DNA of 64,000 bases, from NCBI GenBank assembly GCA_964552565.1, contig CAZKGL010000001.1, positions 119,649 to 183,648 on the forward strand, given 5' to 3'. Below are positions 29,901-37,261 of this stretch, piece after piece. The first letter of the stretch is position 1. Every line of letters begins with the position of its first letter. The translations under genes were made by a program, and so were the position numbers. The notes below the pieces were generated by a model. It was not told where the DNA came from, ran no database searches, and saw only the letters and a list, made by a program, of their open reading frames with translations. The DNA comes from an uncultured Gammaproteobacteria bacterium (GTDB taxonomy: Bacteria > Patescibacteriota > Patescibacteriia > UBA9934).

Positions 29901-30316
29901 CCGTCGACCTCGACGAGGACGGCGTGGACGATTACGAGCTCTACACCGTCGCGCTGACGAGCGTCGACACGCTCATTACGACCATGAACGGCTGGTCGAG
30001 CAATAGCGGGAGCGCGCTCGCATCGAACAACATCGACTACGCCTACGACGGCGACACGGAAGATGAGCTTGAAGACTCCTACGAGGACATCGTCGCGTCC
30101 ATCGCGCAGCCGACCATCGCCATCATCTCGTCCGACGGCTCGACGACCTATACGACGACCGACGAGTTTGAAGAGGGTTCCGGGGTCGACTTCCCGTGGC
30201 CGGAAGGGTTCTCGTGCGACCAGGACGACGAACAGGAGCTGCCGATCCGTATTACGTTCCCGGGCGAAGGCACGATCGAAATCAGCAATGTCCGGTTCGA
30301 GTATTGCGCCCCCTAG
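20954..30316 (+). CDS. Giant (3120 aa) surface adhesin: pilin + Ig/IPT-TIG + Myxococcus-type Cys-rich repeats + pseudopilin-like + vWA
   Basis: N-terminal GWVWMTAGGNAEKVEKAKK pilin; IPT repeats (VSPGSGAVGTYVTVSGSGFG); CGDG..D..EECDDGN...DGCSS repeats; vWA MIDAS DTSGS, T, D near C-terminus. Confidence 0.85.
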   Translation: MSRFRLRHVLPFLAGLSLIGVLAFTPDLLAQSESLTEVGDASGLGSEDPRIIIANIIRTFLTVLGVLAVLIVLYGGWVWMTAGGNAEKVEKAKKILIRGGIGIAIILMSWAITTFVITALLDSTGGSGGSGDDSDGSGGGVLGGGSTTSFSVTDYSPEGAVSIRNVQLRVTFSKTLDDETVEGNIVVTNASSGEAVDGAITVSGNKATFVPSAACPSPNEDRSCFDADTEFTVTVSEAIESSSGTALTCGADDCTSSFTTGSLVDTEDPVAEITDPERGDGVEAGSVETIQVHATDDTEVSGADFSLDEEEFDSVGAEGDDLSDVTIESTWDTTELTVGQDYEISVTVTDIAGNTDGVSVDVTARGAWCFNDEIDEEYGETGLNCGGDSSSAEYCGACDGSSCTEDSECSSGSCVDGVCTTLPEIESVSPGSGAVGTYVTVSGSGFGTSTGTVAFTSEDGTTTVEADIPSCSDGWSDTEIVVEVPEGAGDGPITVTTDDDLSDATDDDAGALIDDFDVNDTERPKLCSLFPDEGESTDGTTLSGLDFGDEQGSSTVSFGTSAAGSYTSWEDTSASVTVPALEDGEYDVVVTVDGVESNAVTYTVEEDTTGDPVITGIDPSEGAVGDYITISGENFGILVGTVRLVDDAGNEAVAEVDFPEECAEDYWEPTEITVIVPEEYQSGDGLSAGAFDVYVVTQEGAESDTTSFTVEDGDPSPGICAIDPDVGLAGTSVTIYGERLGSDEGSVAFYDEDGDVAATVDEDGWSSDAISLTVPSGAETGPVTVTSSAGDESNSIDFEVSDAGAAETETEPASYGWYFSTGEIPETPELLVECSDDRISGVPNNRFTSDGVCVEAMVYGEFSTVMNEGSITDALTVEMCTAAGEQPCDTTTDVTGDGTLEVSSSTTSTTFSWSPSSTFTADTTYRVTVSTAAMSDEAQALDDDVSWEFTTASSSETCEVDTVHVVPSAATITEQYATEQFTAVPADGCVVVDGDDYTWDWYVYSGVANLTSDDECAGGTTDCTLVEALAEGEADVIAEETASTTSGQADLTVAFTDPYVSDYWPDCDQACSNGEIGASFNTAVTSTSLETDGRVELYECDNELCAVGPADEYGSYDVVATDCDDDDPSLCAGVAISPDAELTPGTYYRAVISRRVETPSGVSLTRTNYDTGFSWVFRVMEGDATCAVERIEVTPVDAVADAIGDRQTFTVDAYGTPDACSVAGQLLSASDYDWSYGAWSDDGSDAAVDVADWWDVGSSSGFVDTSIEDVPEGCTASCIPSGSTALDAVCGDGTVDSDAGEECEDGNTADDDGCSSSCLYEGSETTCGDDVVDTYEECDDGGIADGDGCSSVCLNEGSRAIGTTCGNDDVAYEADQGGEDCDDGNVVNGDGCSSVCLNEGSLTLTDVGGAVCGDLDITEPYETCDDGGTTDGDGCSSNCTREGADGSYGTCGNDSTEQGTYGEGEDCDGEEWCTDSCTYGGSSVTYSEPSFCGDGTAGLGEVTACESSGGDDNTDSLQLAYITDDAAQEVDTDTNVAIATVTVTEPESGLSTDVTYTLACSAATDTDCSDPETYGVGLGNCCIARPTATLYPNGTDACRNAAIYGIFTQEMDLGSFSVTDTDGDTTPRMYLVLDTSTTDDGACPYDDELAWLGEDSWIAETWLRIRRIVTGHAAEAAPGEDECVLPVSSYAQEAQDDGTFKVRMRYGEALEADVTYTLRIEVDSDNTDTSKDGVLSADNVAMYDADGVIEETFSTGSEICTLDSVVVEDTDDESPYYFSQYGEEHTFTATAYSYNGSTRQELESIDDVYSWTWSSWEEEASESVVDVAQSTTTGTEDEAAVEATGENGEAVIVATATIEDDVVGDSEGEEVTGSEDVVVYLCQNTWPDITATEFPWSDDEDGIDNGAEEGNGWMNFSTYFCRDSGEADDTSDDLPGVNVVYATDYSSADDILKEYLFEVDDGSGDAIGFRIVSNSEYLGPEQWFEAQGFSGSPQTTTIDGFQAVTDGRTTYVAAPNQSDTSLYSNIYVISYNEGASEETTDLYDQILENISFAINVDNDCDAEDGETCTDAWSTLQRDTKRLADLTTVAALVETYVDENGVVPPLSSGTYVRSMGSSVWDSWGDLLGAALGDSDLPTDPRNTYDGCGADPFASYDEDTCVNETAGQYLCPEGSYAYHYRAVGTDGVTLYADLEYDDAAWVNPIDADTSDDIDYEVYSAMSSGDGFTSTAFCDGSSSGGTVYGSTGSCGDGVVNTSIDSDGDGTADTVETCEIGESGGTAEWCDSDLASDGDGDGDPLNDWDGSVSQTCNSACTGWTDDSDAECVLWSCGDGVVDTTDGEECDDGALNGQYGYCSNTCSYDDAFYCGDGSLAGSETCDCGAPGESTIVDPTQSRPYGGTSYSCVTTEGNGTYDENPYNTCAWDCQGPASYCGDGVVDSGEECDGDTEHWEGKLCNLYSTADTFGQACETDADCERYSDASLPNALCGDASNDDFEACPETTVCVAGTTSLIGTECTADSDCGTDGACSDIAYQTYRTRTCEDDGASGETCDWDVPSLGLYGISCTALGSCGDGTVDDNEECDDGNDDSTDSCTNECTDNVCGDGYLYVGEEQCDEGTENGQGCSSSYESTCTSCSETCRYETSSGDFCGDGEINGDEYCDAYAMPYQYAISVTYDEAESEDDFNPFAGETVVWTYGDSCDTLGETVIDYADESDESDVTYTCSMIGYCNGGDSSYGGNGDECLTDSDCDEGDCVMTVCADDCDNTCPETYESTALLLTAEQPGATAETAVDLYTYSDSGEAEVPNSATITFPACTIASSLVADISMDNVELTEYYIVFVTDTSGSMDDSFDGSQTSGVPVDEQRITAAVDVLREAIQSLYDASENMHIALVQYDDTAYEETSGDGGPTAFTDADQESNLLSTINSYYVAGGTTETDDGLAMAKALLDSEASDRTSNVRKIIVLLSDGEENSTSDAGSVADEIKAVDLDEDGVDDYELYTVALTSVDTLITTMNGWSSNSGSALASNNIDYAYDGDTEDELEDSYEDIVASIAQPTIAIISSDGSTTYTTTDEFEEGSGVDFPWPEGFSCDQDDEQELPIRITFPGEGTIEISNVRFEYCAP

Positions 30317-30324
30317 CGTGAACT

Positions 30325-31152
30325 ATGCAAGGCCTTGAAGACCAACAATTCTTTACCCCGGGTGAGCCGCAACCGCCGCATGGCGGGGGCGGCCACTCGC
30401 GGCGTGCGCTCGTCATCGCGGTTGTCGCGGTGGCGGCGCTTGCGGTCGCGGTCCTTCTCGGCCTGTACATCAAGAACCGGTTCACCGGACCCTTCAGTGA
30501 CGGGTATGGCGACGGAACCGATATTGAGGCCGACATTGCGTCCGAAGTCAGCCGGGAATGCGCGGACGCCGACGATGTCGCCGCGTGCGAGGATCGCGTC
30601 CGGTCAGAAATGGCGCAAGACGCGGCGATGCCCGAGGCGTGCGAGGGCCTCGAGGAGCCGGCATTCACGAACTGTGTCATGCTCATTGCCCAGGACGAGA
30701 TGGACGCTGCGGTGTGCAGCGCACTTGATGCCGAGGCAAAGACGTCCTGCCAGGACGATGTCGCATTCCGCCTTGCGGTCGCGAATGAAGACTACGCCGC
30801 CTGCGCCGACCTTACCGACGAGACGCTCCGCGCGAATTGCGAAGCGCGCCTGCTTTCGGTTGTCATCGCTTCCGGCGACTGTGCCGCGTACGGCGTCGAC
30901 GCGTCGGTGTGCAATGGGCAGGCGCAGCTCGACGCGGTCATTGCAGCGGGCGATCCGGAGGGATGTAACACGCTCCCGGACGAGCTCGAGGGCGACTGCC
31001 GCGATGCATTTGCATCATTGGATGCCGACCACGACGGGCTCTCGCTTGGCGAAGAGTATGGTTACGGCACGGACCCGAAGAATGCGGATACGGACGGAGA
31101 CGGGTACAATGACGGTAGGGAAGTCCAAAACGGGTACGACCCGACGAAATAA
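30325..31152 (+). CDS. Membrane-anchored Cys-repeat protein with bacterial TSP3-like Ca-binding tail
   Basis: Single TM; paired Cys repeats; DADHDGLS...GTDPKNADTDGDGYNDG.E. Confidence 0.8.
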   Translation: MQGLEDQQFFTPGEPQPPHGGGGHSRRALVIAVVAVAALAVAVLLGLYIKNRFTGPFSDGYGDGTDIEADIASEVSRECADADDVAACEDRVRSEMAQDAAMPEACEGLEEPAFTNCVMLIAQDEMDAAVCSALDAEAKTSCQDDVAFRLAVANEDYAACADLTDETLRANCEARLLSVVIASGDCAAYGVDASVCNGQAQLDAVIAAGDPEGCNTLPDELEGDCRDAFASLDADHDGLSLGEEYGYGTDPKNADTDGDGYNDGREVQNGYDPTK

Positions 31153-31160
31153 GCTTGCAT

Positions 31161-31850
31161 ATGTTCGACAATCAACCGCAACCAAATCCGAACCCGAACC
31201 CGACGCCGTCGCCGGCGCCAAATGCCGAGGACATGTTTTCCGGCTTGGACGCCGGCAAACCCCCGGTCGCGCCGCCCGGCCCTGAGCCGCGTCCGTCCCT
31301 GACGCCGCAGACGCCGCAGATGCCCCCGCCCGAGGCCCCGAATGTCGGTCCCGGCGACCTTGGCCCGCGCACCGCGCGGTTCGGCGTCGTAAAGGTTGCG
31401 CTCATTGTCGCGCTGGTCCTCGCGCTCATCGCCGCGGCAGGGTATGCGGCGTGGAAGATCATGAGTCAGGCGCCGTCCGACGACGGTGTCGTGCAGAGTA
31501 TCGACGACACGACCGACGGCGAAGAAGAGGACTCGGAAGAGACGGAGGAGGCTCCGGACGAGACCGACGGAGCACTCACCGCGCCTGAGGAGGAAGAAGA
31601 GGAGGAGAGCTCGTTGTTTGACACCGATGGCGACGGACTCACGAATGCCGAGGAGCTTGAGGCCGGTACCTTGCCGAACCGCGCCGACACCGACAAGGAC
31701 GGCCTTGGCGACCGCGAAGAGGTCGAGGTCTACGATACCGATCCGTTGGAAGAAGACACCGACGGCGACACGTATCTTGACGGCCAGGAAGTGAAGGGCG
31801 GGTATAATCCCAACGGGCCGGGCAAACTTTTTGAAGTGCCCACCGAGTAG
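31161..31850 (+). CDS. Pro-rich, TM-anchored protein with bacterial TSP3-like repeats
   Basis: EDMFS motif, TM, three DTDGDGL repeats, GYNPNG. Confidence 0.8.
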   Translation: MFDNQPQPNPNPNPTPSPAPNAEDMFSGLDAGKPPVAPPGPEPRPSLTPQTPQMPPPEAPNVGPGDLGPRTARFGVVKVALIVALVLALIAAAGYAAWKIMSQAPSDDGVVQSIDDTTDGEEEDSEETEEAPDETDGALTAPEEEEEEESSLFDTDGDGLTNAEELEAGTLPNRADTDKDGLGDREEVEVYDTDPLEEDTDGDTYLDGQEVKGGYNPNGPGKLFEVPTE

Positions 31851-31855
31851 CGTCT

Positions 31856-32914
31856 ATGTTCGACAAGGCGGCGAAACAACCTACGGCTCCCGCCACCCCT
31901 GCGGCTCCTTCGGCCTCTGGGGCGAATGATTATGTCATCCACACGATGCCGCGGGAGTTTTACGGCAAGGAGGCGTCGCTCGTCACCCCCCCTAGCCCCC
32001 CCATGCATGGAGGGGAAACTCCTCCGACACCGCCCCCACCGCCGCCCCCGAAGCCCGTGCCGGCTCCAAAGCCCATTCCACCGTCCACTGTCCCACCGAA
32101 ACCTAAGCGCTCCGTGAAGGGCATGGTGGTCATCGCGGTCATCGCCATGATGATCATCGCTGCGGGCGCGTACGCCGCGTCCGTCATCATTGCGTCGGTC
32201 AAGGAGCAACAGCGCCTGACCGAATTGGAGTTGCAGCGCGCCGAGCAGGAGGCCGAGGCCGAGCGCGAGCGTGCGGAGGCGCTTGCGGAAGCCGCTGCGC
32301 AGGCCGAAGAAGAGGCGGAAGAGGTCGCGAAGGACACGGACAGCGACGGGCTTACGGATATCGAGGAGTTGCTCTACGGTACGAATTTCCGCGAGCCGGA
32401 CAGCGACAAGGACAGCTACCTGGACGGCAACGAGGTGTTCCATCGGTATCACCCGCTCGGCGACGCGCCGGCGACGCTGCTCGACACGGGCGCGGTGAAG
32501 GTCTTCGAGGACGCGTTGTACCCGTTTACGATGTACTACCCGTCGAGCTGGAGCACTTCGCTTGACGAGACGAATATGACGGTGGCGTTCCGTTCGTCAC
32601 GGCAGGCGTCTATCACCGTCGAGTGGGAAGAGAAGCCCGCCGATGAAACGCTTGCGGACTGGTACGACGCGTCGCACACCGACCGCGCGTCCGGCGACCT
32701 CAAGGAGATCCTGACGAAGGAGGGGTATTACGGCCTGACGACTGCGGACGACCGGACGGCGTACCTCGACTTCGGCGGCGACGCGGTCATCACGCTGACC
32801 TACGATCTTGGCAGCCGGACGCAAGTCGAATACCTCCAGACGTTCCAAATGATGGTGAACAGCCTCACGATGGTCGAGGATGTCGTGACGCCGGAGGAAA
32901 CGACGACGCCATGA
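31856..32914 (+). CDS. Pro-rich, TM-anchored TSP3-repeat protein with PsbP-like C-terminal domain
   Basis: IHTMP motif, TM, DTDSDGLTDIEE repeats, FTMYYPSSW...FQMMVNSL. Confidence 0.75.
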   Translation: MFDKAAKQPTAPATPAAPSASGANDYVIHTMPREFYGKEASLVTPPSPPMHGGETPPTPPPPPPPKPVPAPKPIPPSTVPPKPKRSVKGMVVIAVIAMMIIAAGAYAASVIIASVKEQQRLTELELQRAEQEAEAERERAEALAEAAAQAEEEAEEVAKDTDSDGLTDIEELLYGTNFREPDSDKDSYLDGNEVFHRYHPLGDAPATLLDTGAVKVFEDALYPFTMYYPSSWSTSLDETNMTVAFRSSRQASITVEWEEKPADETLADWYDASHTDRASGDLKEILTKEGYYGLTTADDRTAYLDFGGDAVITLTYDLGSRTQVEYLQTFQMMVNSLTMVEDVVTPEETTTP

Positions 32915-33354
32915 TTACGCTTGAGGTCTATGACGAGCGCGTTCCCGAACCTGCCCGCCTCGGCGCGGAGCGGTATCTTGCGATCGCGCGCGCCGTGAAC
33001 GAGGCCGTCCCGGACGGTCCGGACGGCGCTATTACCGTGACCTACGTCGAGGACGACGAGATCCGCCGCCTGAACCGGATGTATCGGGGCAAGGACGCGG
33101 TGACCGACGTCCTTTCGTTCGGCTCTGGCATGCCGGAGACCGGCGAGGTGGGGGACGTCATCATTTCGTTCGCGCAGGCGGAGCGCCAGGCACTGTCGTT
33201 CGCCGAGGACGGCAGCGCGCCCGACATCGAGCTTGAGTGCACCGACCTCGTCGTCCACGGCATCCTGCACGTCCTCGGGTTCGACCACGAGCGTCCTGAG
33301 GACGCCGACCGCATGTTTCCGCTCCAAGACCGCATCGTTGAGCGCGCCCTATGA
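32911..33354 (+). CDS. ybeY: rRNA maturation endoribonuclease YbeY
   Basis: LNRMYRGKDAVTDVLSF, GDVIIS, HGILHVLGFDH. Confidence 0.96.
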   Translation: MITLEVYDERVPEPARLGAERYLAIARAVNEAVPDGPDGAITVTYVEDDEIRRLNRMYRGKDAVTDVLSFGSGMPETGEVGDVIISFAQAERQALSFAEDGSAPDIELECTDLVVHGILHVLGFDHERPEDADRMFPLQDRIVERAL

Positions 33355-33737
33355 TTTCTCCCTTCCGTTTTCTTCGCAGCCTTCGGTACGCGCTCCGCGG
33401 CCTTGTTACCGTCGCGCGCGCCGAACACAGCTTCCGCGTCCAGCTGCTCATCGGTACCGCCGCGATCGCATGCGCCATCGTGTTGCCGCTCGCGACGTGG
33501 GAACGCATCCTCGTGTTCCTCATGACCGCCGCGGTCCTCGTGCTTGAGGTCATCAACAGCATCGTCGAGCGCATCGTCGACGCGGTGCACCCGCGGCTCA
33601 GCCCCATGGTCCGCGAGGTCAAGGACATGATGGCCGGGACGGTGTTCCTGAGCTCGCTCGCGGCGGTCGTCGTCGGCGTCATGGTCTTCGGCCGGTATCT
33701 CGGCCCGGCCGTGGAGTGGATCGCGGGCGTGTTATAA
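33351..33737 (+). CDS. dgkA: Diacylglycerol/undecaprenol kinase
   Basis: SLRYALRGL, EVINSIVERIVD, KDMMAG; classic ybeY-dgkA pair. Confidence 0.9.
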   Translation: MISPFRFLRSLRYALRGLVTVARAEHSFRVQLLIGTAAIACAIVLPLATWERILVFLMTAAVLVLEVINSIVERIVDAVHPRLSPMVREVKDMMAGTVFLSSLAAVVVGVMVFGRYLGPAVEWIAGVL

Positions 33738-33759
33738 TGGCATGGCCTAGATTGGCGTT

Positions 33760-35016
33760 ATGGCAGATGGTTCCATCGTAGGTCTGGATATCGGTTCCGC
33801 AACGGTGCGTGTCGCCGTTGCCCAGCCGTTGCCGGGGGAAGACGGAAAGCCGCGTTTGCATATTATTGGCGCGGTTGCTTTGCCGTCTGCGGGTGTCCAT
33901 CGCGGCACCGTGTCCAGCATGGAAGATGCGGTTTCGGCCATTTCGAAGGTATTGGAGCGCGCCGAGCGCATGACCGGCGTCCCGCTGAACGGGGCGTGGG
34001 TGTCCATTGCGGGGCAGAACATCTTGGTACAGGAGAGCCGAGGCGTGGTCGGGGTGACCCGGCCGGACGGGGAGATCCGCGAAGACGACGTCGAGCGCGC
34101 CATGGAGGCGGCCCGTACGGTGGCGACCCCGTCGAACTACGAGATTTTGCACGTTATCCCAAAGAGTTTTACGGTCGACGGCCAGCGTGGGGTCAAGGAT
34201 CCGGTCGGCATGAACGGCATCCGTTTGGAGGTGGACGCGGTTATCATCCAGGCGCTTGCGTCGCATATTAAAAACCTCACGAAGAGCATCTACCGCACCG
34301 GCCTCGACATTGAGGACCTTGTATACGCCCCGCTGGCGACCGCGGAGGCCGTCTTGACCCAGCGCCAGAAGGAGCTCGGCGTCTGCGTGGTGAATGTCGG
34401 CGCCAGCTCGACCACGCTTGCGGTGTTTGAGGAAGGCGACCTTATCCACACCGCGGTCCTGCCGATCGGCGGCGATCGCATTACGTCGGACGTGGGGACG
34501 CTCCTGCGGGTCCCGCCGGAGATCGCCGAGAAGGTAAAGCTGACCTATGGCCACGCGGTGCCGGACGCGGTCGACCGAAAACACACCTTCAGCCTGAAGG
34601 AGTTGGGTGCGGACGTCGACGAGGTGGTGAAGCGACGCTTCATCGCCGAGATTATCGAATCGCGCGTGGAGGAGTTGTTCGAGGCGGTCGACGCCGAGCT
34701 CCGCAAGGTGGACCGGTCGGGCATGCTTCCGGTCGGCGTCATGCTGACCGGCGGCGGGGCAAAACTCGACGGTATCGTCGACGTCGCCCGGCGGGTGCTG
34801 CGGCTGCCGTGCGCCCTTGGGGCGCCCGTCGGCGTGTCGAGCGTCATCGACGAGGTACACGACCCGGCGTTCGCAACCGCTATCGGTCTGGGGGTCTGGG
34901 GGTACACCATCAAGGGGATGCATACGAGCAAGTTCGGGAATTTGTTTAGCAAGTTCAAGTCGGTCGACAAGGTGGCTGAGCAGATCGGGAAGTGGTTCAA
35001 GTCGCTTGTTCCATAG
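33760..35016 (+). CDS. ftsA: Cell division protein FtsA
   Basis: GLDIGS, DPVGMNGIRLE, IGGDRITSD, LTGGGAKL. Confidence 0.97.
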   Translation: MADGSIVGLDIGSATVRVAVAQPLPGEDGKPRLHIIGAVALPSAGVHRGTVSSMEDAVSAISKVLERAERMTGVPLNGAWVSIAGQNILVQESRGVVGVTRPDGEIREDDVERAMEAARTVATPSNYEILHVIPKSFTVDGQRGVKDPVGMNGIRLEVDAVIIQALASHIKNLTKSIYRTGLDIEDLVYAPLATAEAVLTQRQKELGVCVVNVGASSTTLAVFEEGDLIHTAVLPIGGDRITSDVGTLLRVPPEIAEKVKLTYGHAVPDAVDRKHTFSLKELGADVDEVVKRRFIAEIIESRVEELFEAVDAELRKVDRSGMLPVGVMLTGGGAKLDGIVDVARRVLRLPCALGAPVGVSSVIDEVHDPAFATAIGLGVWGYTIKGMHTSKFGNLFSKFKSVDKVAEQIGKWFKSLVP

Positions 35017-35066
35017 CCGGGGTCCCCGCACCCCGGCTTGCCGTTGCGCAATCGTGCTCCGCGGGC

Positions 35067-35155
35067 CGGGTCCTGCCGCCTTCGCACCCTGTTGGGTGCT
35101 CGACTCGTCGGACTCGTCTGCGCGCCCAAGCAGGGGACCTGCTCGGCGTCACCCG
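35067..35155 (+). repeat. 89-bp intergenic repeat, family 2 copy 1
   Basis: Identical to 37154-37242; closing stem ggccgggt/acccggcc. Confidence 0.9.
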
Positions 35156-35377
35156 GCCACCCTTCTCTTCGACGGGCCCGATATCTCAGCGTCATGCCCA
35201 CCCGCTTTTCCCGAATTGGGGAGGAGGGGGAGTTTTTTATACGCACAGTTCATCCACAGGCATTCGTGGAGGGTTGGGAGGGGGTGTGTTAGGCTGTGAG
35301 TACAAAATTTATCTGAGGTCAGCGAAATTGAATACATAAAGTGTTCAGTGAGAGAGGCGCGTGAACACCAAGTTGGT

Positions 35378-36649
35378 ATGGCGGAGTTCAAACCGGAAAT
35401 CGAAACAGCAGCCAAGATTAAAGTCGTCGGGATCGGCGGTGGCGGGGGATCGGCGCTCATGCGCATGATCGCCGAGAAGCTCCGCGGGGTGGAATTCATC
35501 GCCGTGAACACCGACGCCCAGGCCCTCCACCAGAATACGGCTCAGGTAAAAATCCCGATCGGGAAGACCGCGACCCGCGGCCTTGGTGCGGGCATGAACC
35601 CGGAGGTCGGCCGGCGCGCCGCCGAAGAGAACGCGAACGACATCCGCACGGCGATCGCCGGTGCGGACATGGTGTTTTTGACCTGCGGCCTTGGCGGCGG
35701 CACCGGGAGCGGCGGCGCGCCGGAGGTCGCCAAGATCGCCCGCGAGGTGGGTGCGCTGACGGTCGCCGTGGTCACCAAGCCGTTCGGTTTCGAAGGCGCC
35801 CAGCGCAAGCGCATTGCCGATGACGCATACCTCGAACTCGCCGAGCACGTCGACACGCTCATCACCATCCCGAACGACCGCGTGCTCCAGATCATCGACA
35901 AGAAGACGTCGCTCCTTGAAGCCTTCAAGATCGTTGACGACGTGCTCCGCCAGGGCGTGCAGGGGATCTCGGAAATCATCACCATCCCCGGCCTCATCAA
36001 CGTCGACTTCGCGGACGTAAAAGCCATCATGCAGAACGCCGGTTCGGCGCTCATGGGCATCGGCCGCGCCTCCGGAGAAAACCGCGCGGTGGAGGCGGCA
36101 AAGCAGGCAATTGCGAGCCCGCTCCTTGAGATCTCCATCGACGGCGCCAAGGGCATCCTCTTTACCGTCACTGGAAGCTCGGACCTCGCCATGTACGAGG
36201 TTGCCGAGGCCGCGAAGATCATTACCGGTTCCGCGGACGACGACGCCCGCGTCATTTTCGGCGCCAACGTCGACGAGAGCCTTGAGGACGAAGTGCGCAT
36301 TACGGTCGTCGCAACCGGCTTTGACAGCCGCGACCACCGCCGCGCCCCGTCGCTCGCCGGCGACGTCGAGGTCGCGCCGCAGGGGAGCTGGAGCGCCCCC
36401 CGCCGCGACGACTATCGTTCCGCCCCCAGCCGGAGCAGCAGCTATATGGCGCCGAAGGAGTCGCCGTTTGGCGAGCGCCGCGTTCCGTCTGCCGCCTCGG
36501 CCATAACGCCCGTCGCACCGCCTCCGGTCCGCGAGCCCCTGACGGCCGCCGAAGAGAGGAAGCCGGTCGCTCCCGCGCCGCAGCCCGCCCAAAAGGAGGA
36601 AGACGATGAGCTCGGCATCCCGGCGTTTATCCGTCGCAAGATGATGTAA
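35378..36649 (+). CDS. ftsZ: Cell division protein FtsZ
   Basis: KVVGIGGGG, GLGAG, GGGTGSG, NVDFAD, C-terminal IPAFIR. Confidence 0.98.
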   Translation: MAEFKPEIETAAKIKVVGIGGGGGSALMRMIAEKLRGVEFIAVNTDAQALHQNTAQVKIPIGKTATRGLGAGMNPEVGRRAAEENANDIRTAIAGADMVFLTCGLGGGTGSGGAPEVAKIAREVGALTVAVVTKPFGFEGAQRKRIADDAYLELAEHVDTLITIPNDRVLQIIDKKTSLLEAFKIVDDVLRQGVQGISEIITIPGLINVDFADVKAIMQNAGSALMGIGRASGENRAVEAAKQAIASPLLEISIDGAKGILFTVTGSSDLAMYEVAEAAKIITGSADDDARVIFGANVDESLEDEVRITVVATGFDSRDHRRAPSLAGDVEVAPQGSWSAPRRDDYRSAPSRSSSYMAPKESPFGERRVPSAASAITPVAPPPVREPLTAAEERKPVAPAPQPAQKEEDDELGIPAFIRRKMM

Positions 36650-36651
36650 CT

Positions 36652-37128
36652 GTGTACTGCCCGGTTTGCAACGCGAAATCCACGAGGGTCATCGATTCGC
36701 GCCTGACCGCGGATTCGCTTGCCATCCGCCGCCGCCGCGAGTGTGAGCGCGCAAAATGCGGATTCCGGTTCAGCACGGTGGAAGAGATCGAATTACTCGA
36801 TGTGACGGTCGTGAAACGGAACGGCCGCCGCGAGTCGTATTCGCGGGAAAAGATCGAATCCGGGCTGAAGAAGTCGCTCGAAAAGCGTCCGCACACCGAC
36901 GCGCAGTTCCGCACCCTCGTTCACACCATCGAGCGCGACATCCAGAAGCGCCGCGGCGCGGAGATTACGAGCAGGGATATCGGAGAGATCGTCATGGACC
37001 GTCTGCGCGCCTTCGACAAGGTTGCGTATATCCGCTTTGCGTCGGTCTACTCGTCGTTCGAAGATGTCGGAATGTTCGTCCAGGAGTTGAAAAAGCTTGG
37101 CGCGGGAAATAAAAAGCGGAAAAAGTGA
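36652..37128 (+). CDS. nrdR: Transcriptional repressor NrdR
   Basis: CPVC...VIDSR...IRRRREC..C..RFSTVE; ATP cone; DKVAYIRFASVY. Confidence 0.97.
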   Translation: MYCPVCNAKSTRVIDSRLTADSLAIRRRRECERAKCGFRFSTVEEIELLDVTVVKRNGRRESYSREKIESGLKKSLEKRPHTDAQFRTLVHTIERDIQKRRGAEITSRDIGEIVMDRLRAFDKVAYIRFASVYSSFEDVGMFVQELKKLGAGNKKRKK

Positions 37129-37153
37129 TATACTGCAGATAAGGAATATGCGT

Positions 37154-37242
37154 CGGGTCCTGCCGCCTTCGCACCCTGTTGGGTGCTCGACTCGTCGGAC
37201 TCGTCTGCGCGCCCAAGCAGGGGACCTGCTCGGCGTCACCCG
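37154..37242 (+). repeat. 89-bp intergenic repeat, family 2 copy 2
   Basis: Identical core; different but still complementary flanks gcgtcgggt/acccgacgc. Confidence 0.9.
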
Positions 37243-37261
37243 ACGCTTGCACCGTTCCAGT

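Noticed and set aside
7962-37128. UGA recoding (genetic code 25)
   Set aside because: Conserved genes are intact under code 11, and several end at TGA at the expected position (e.g. ybeY, nrdR).
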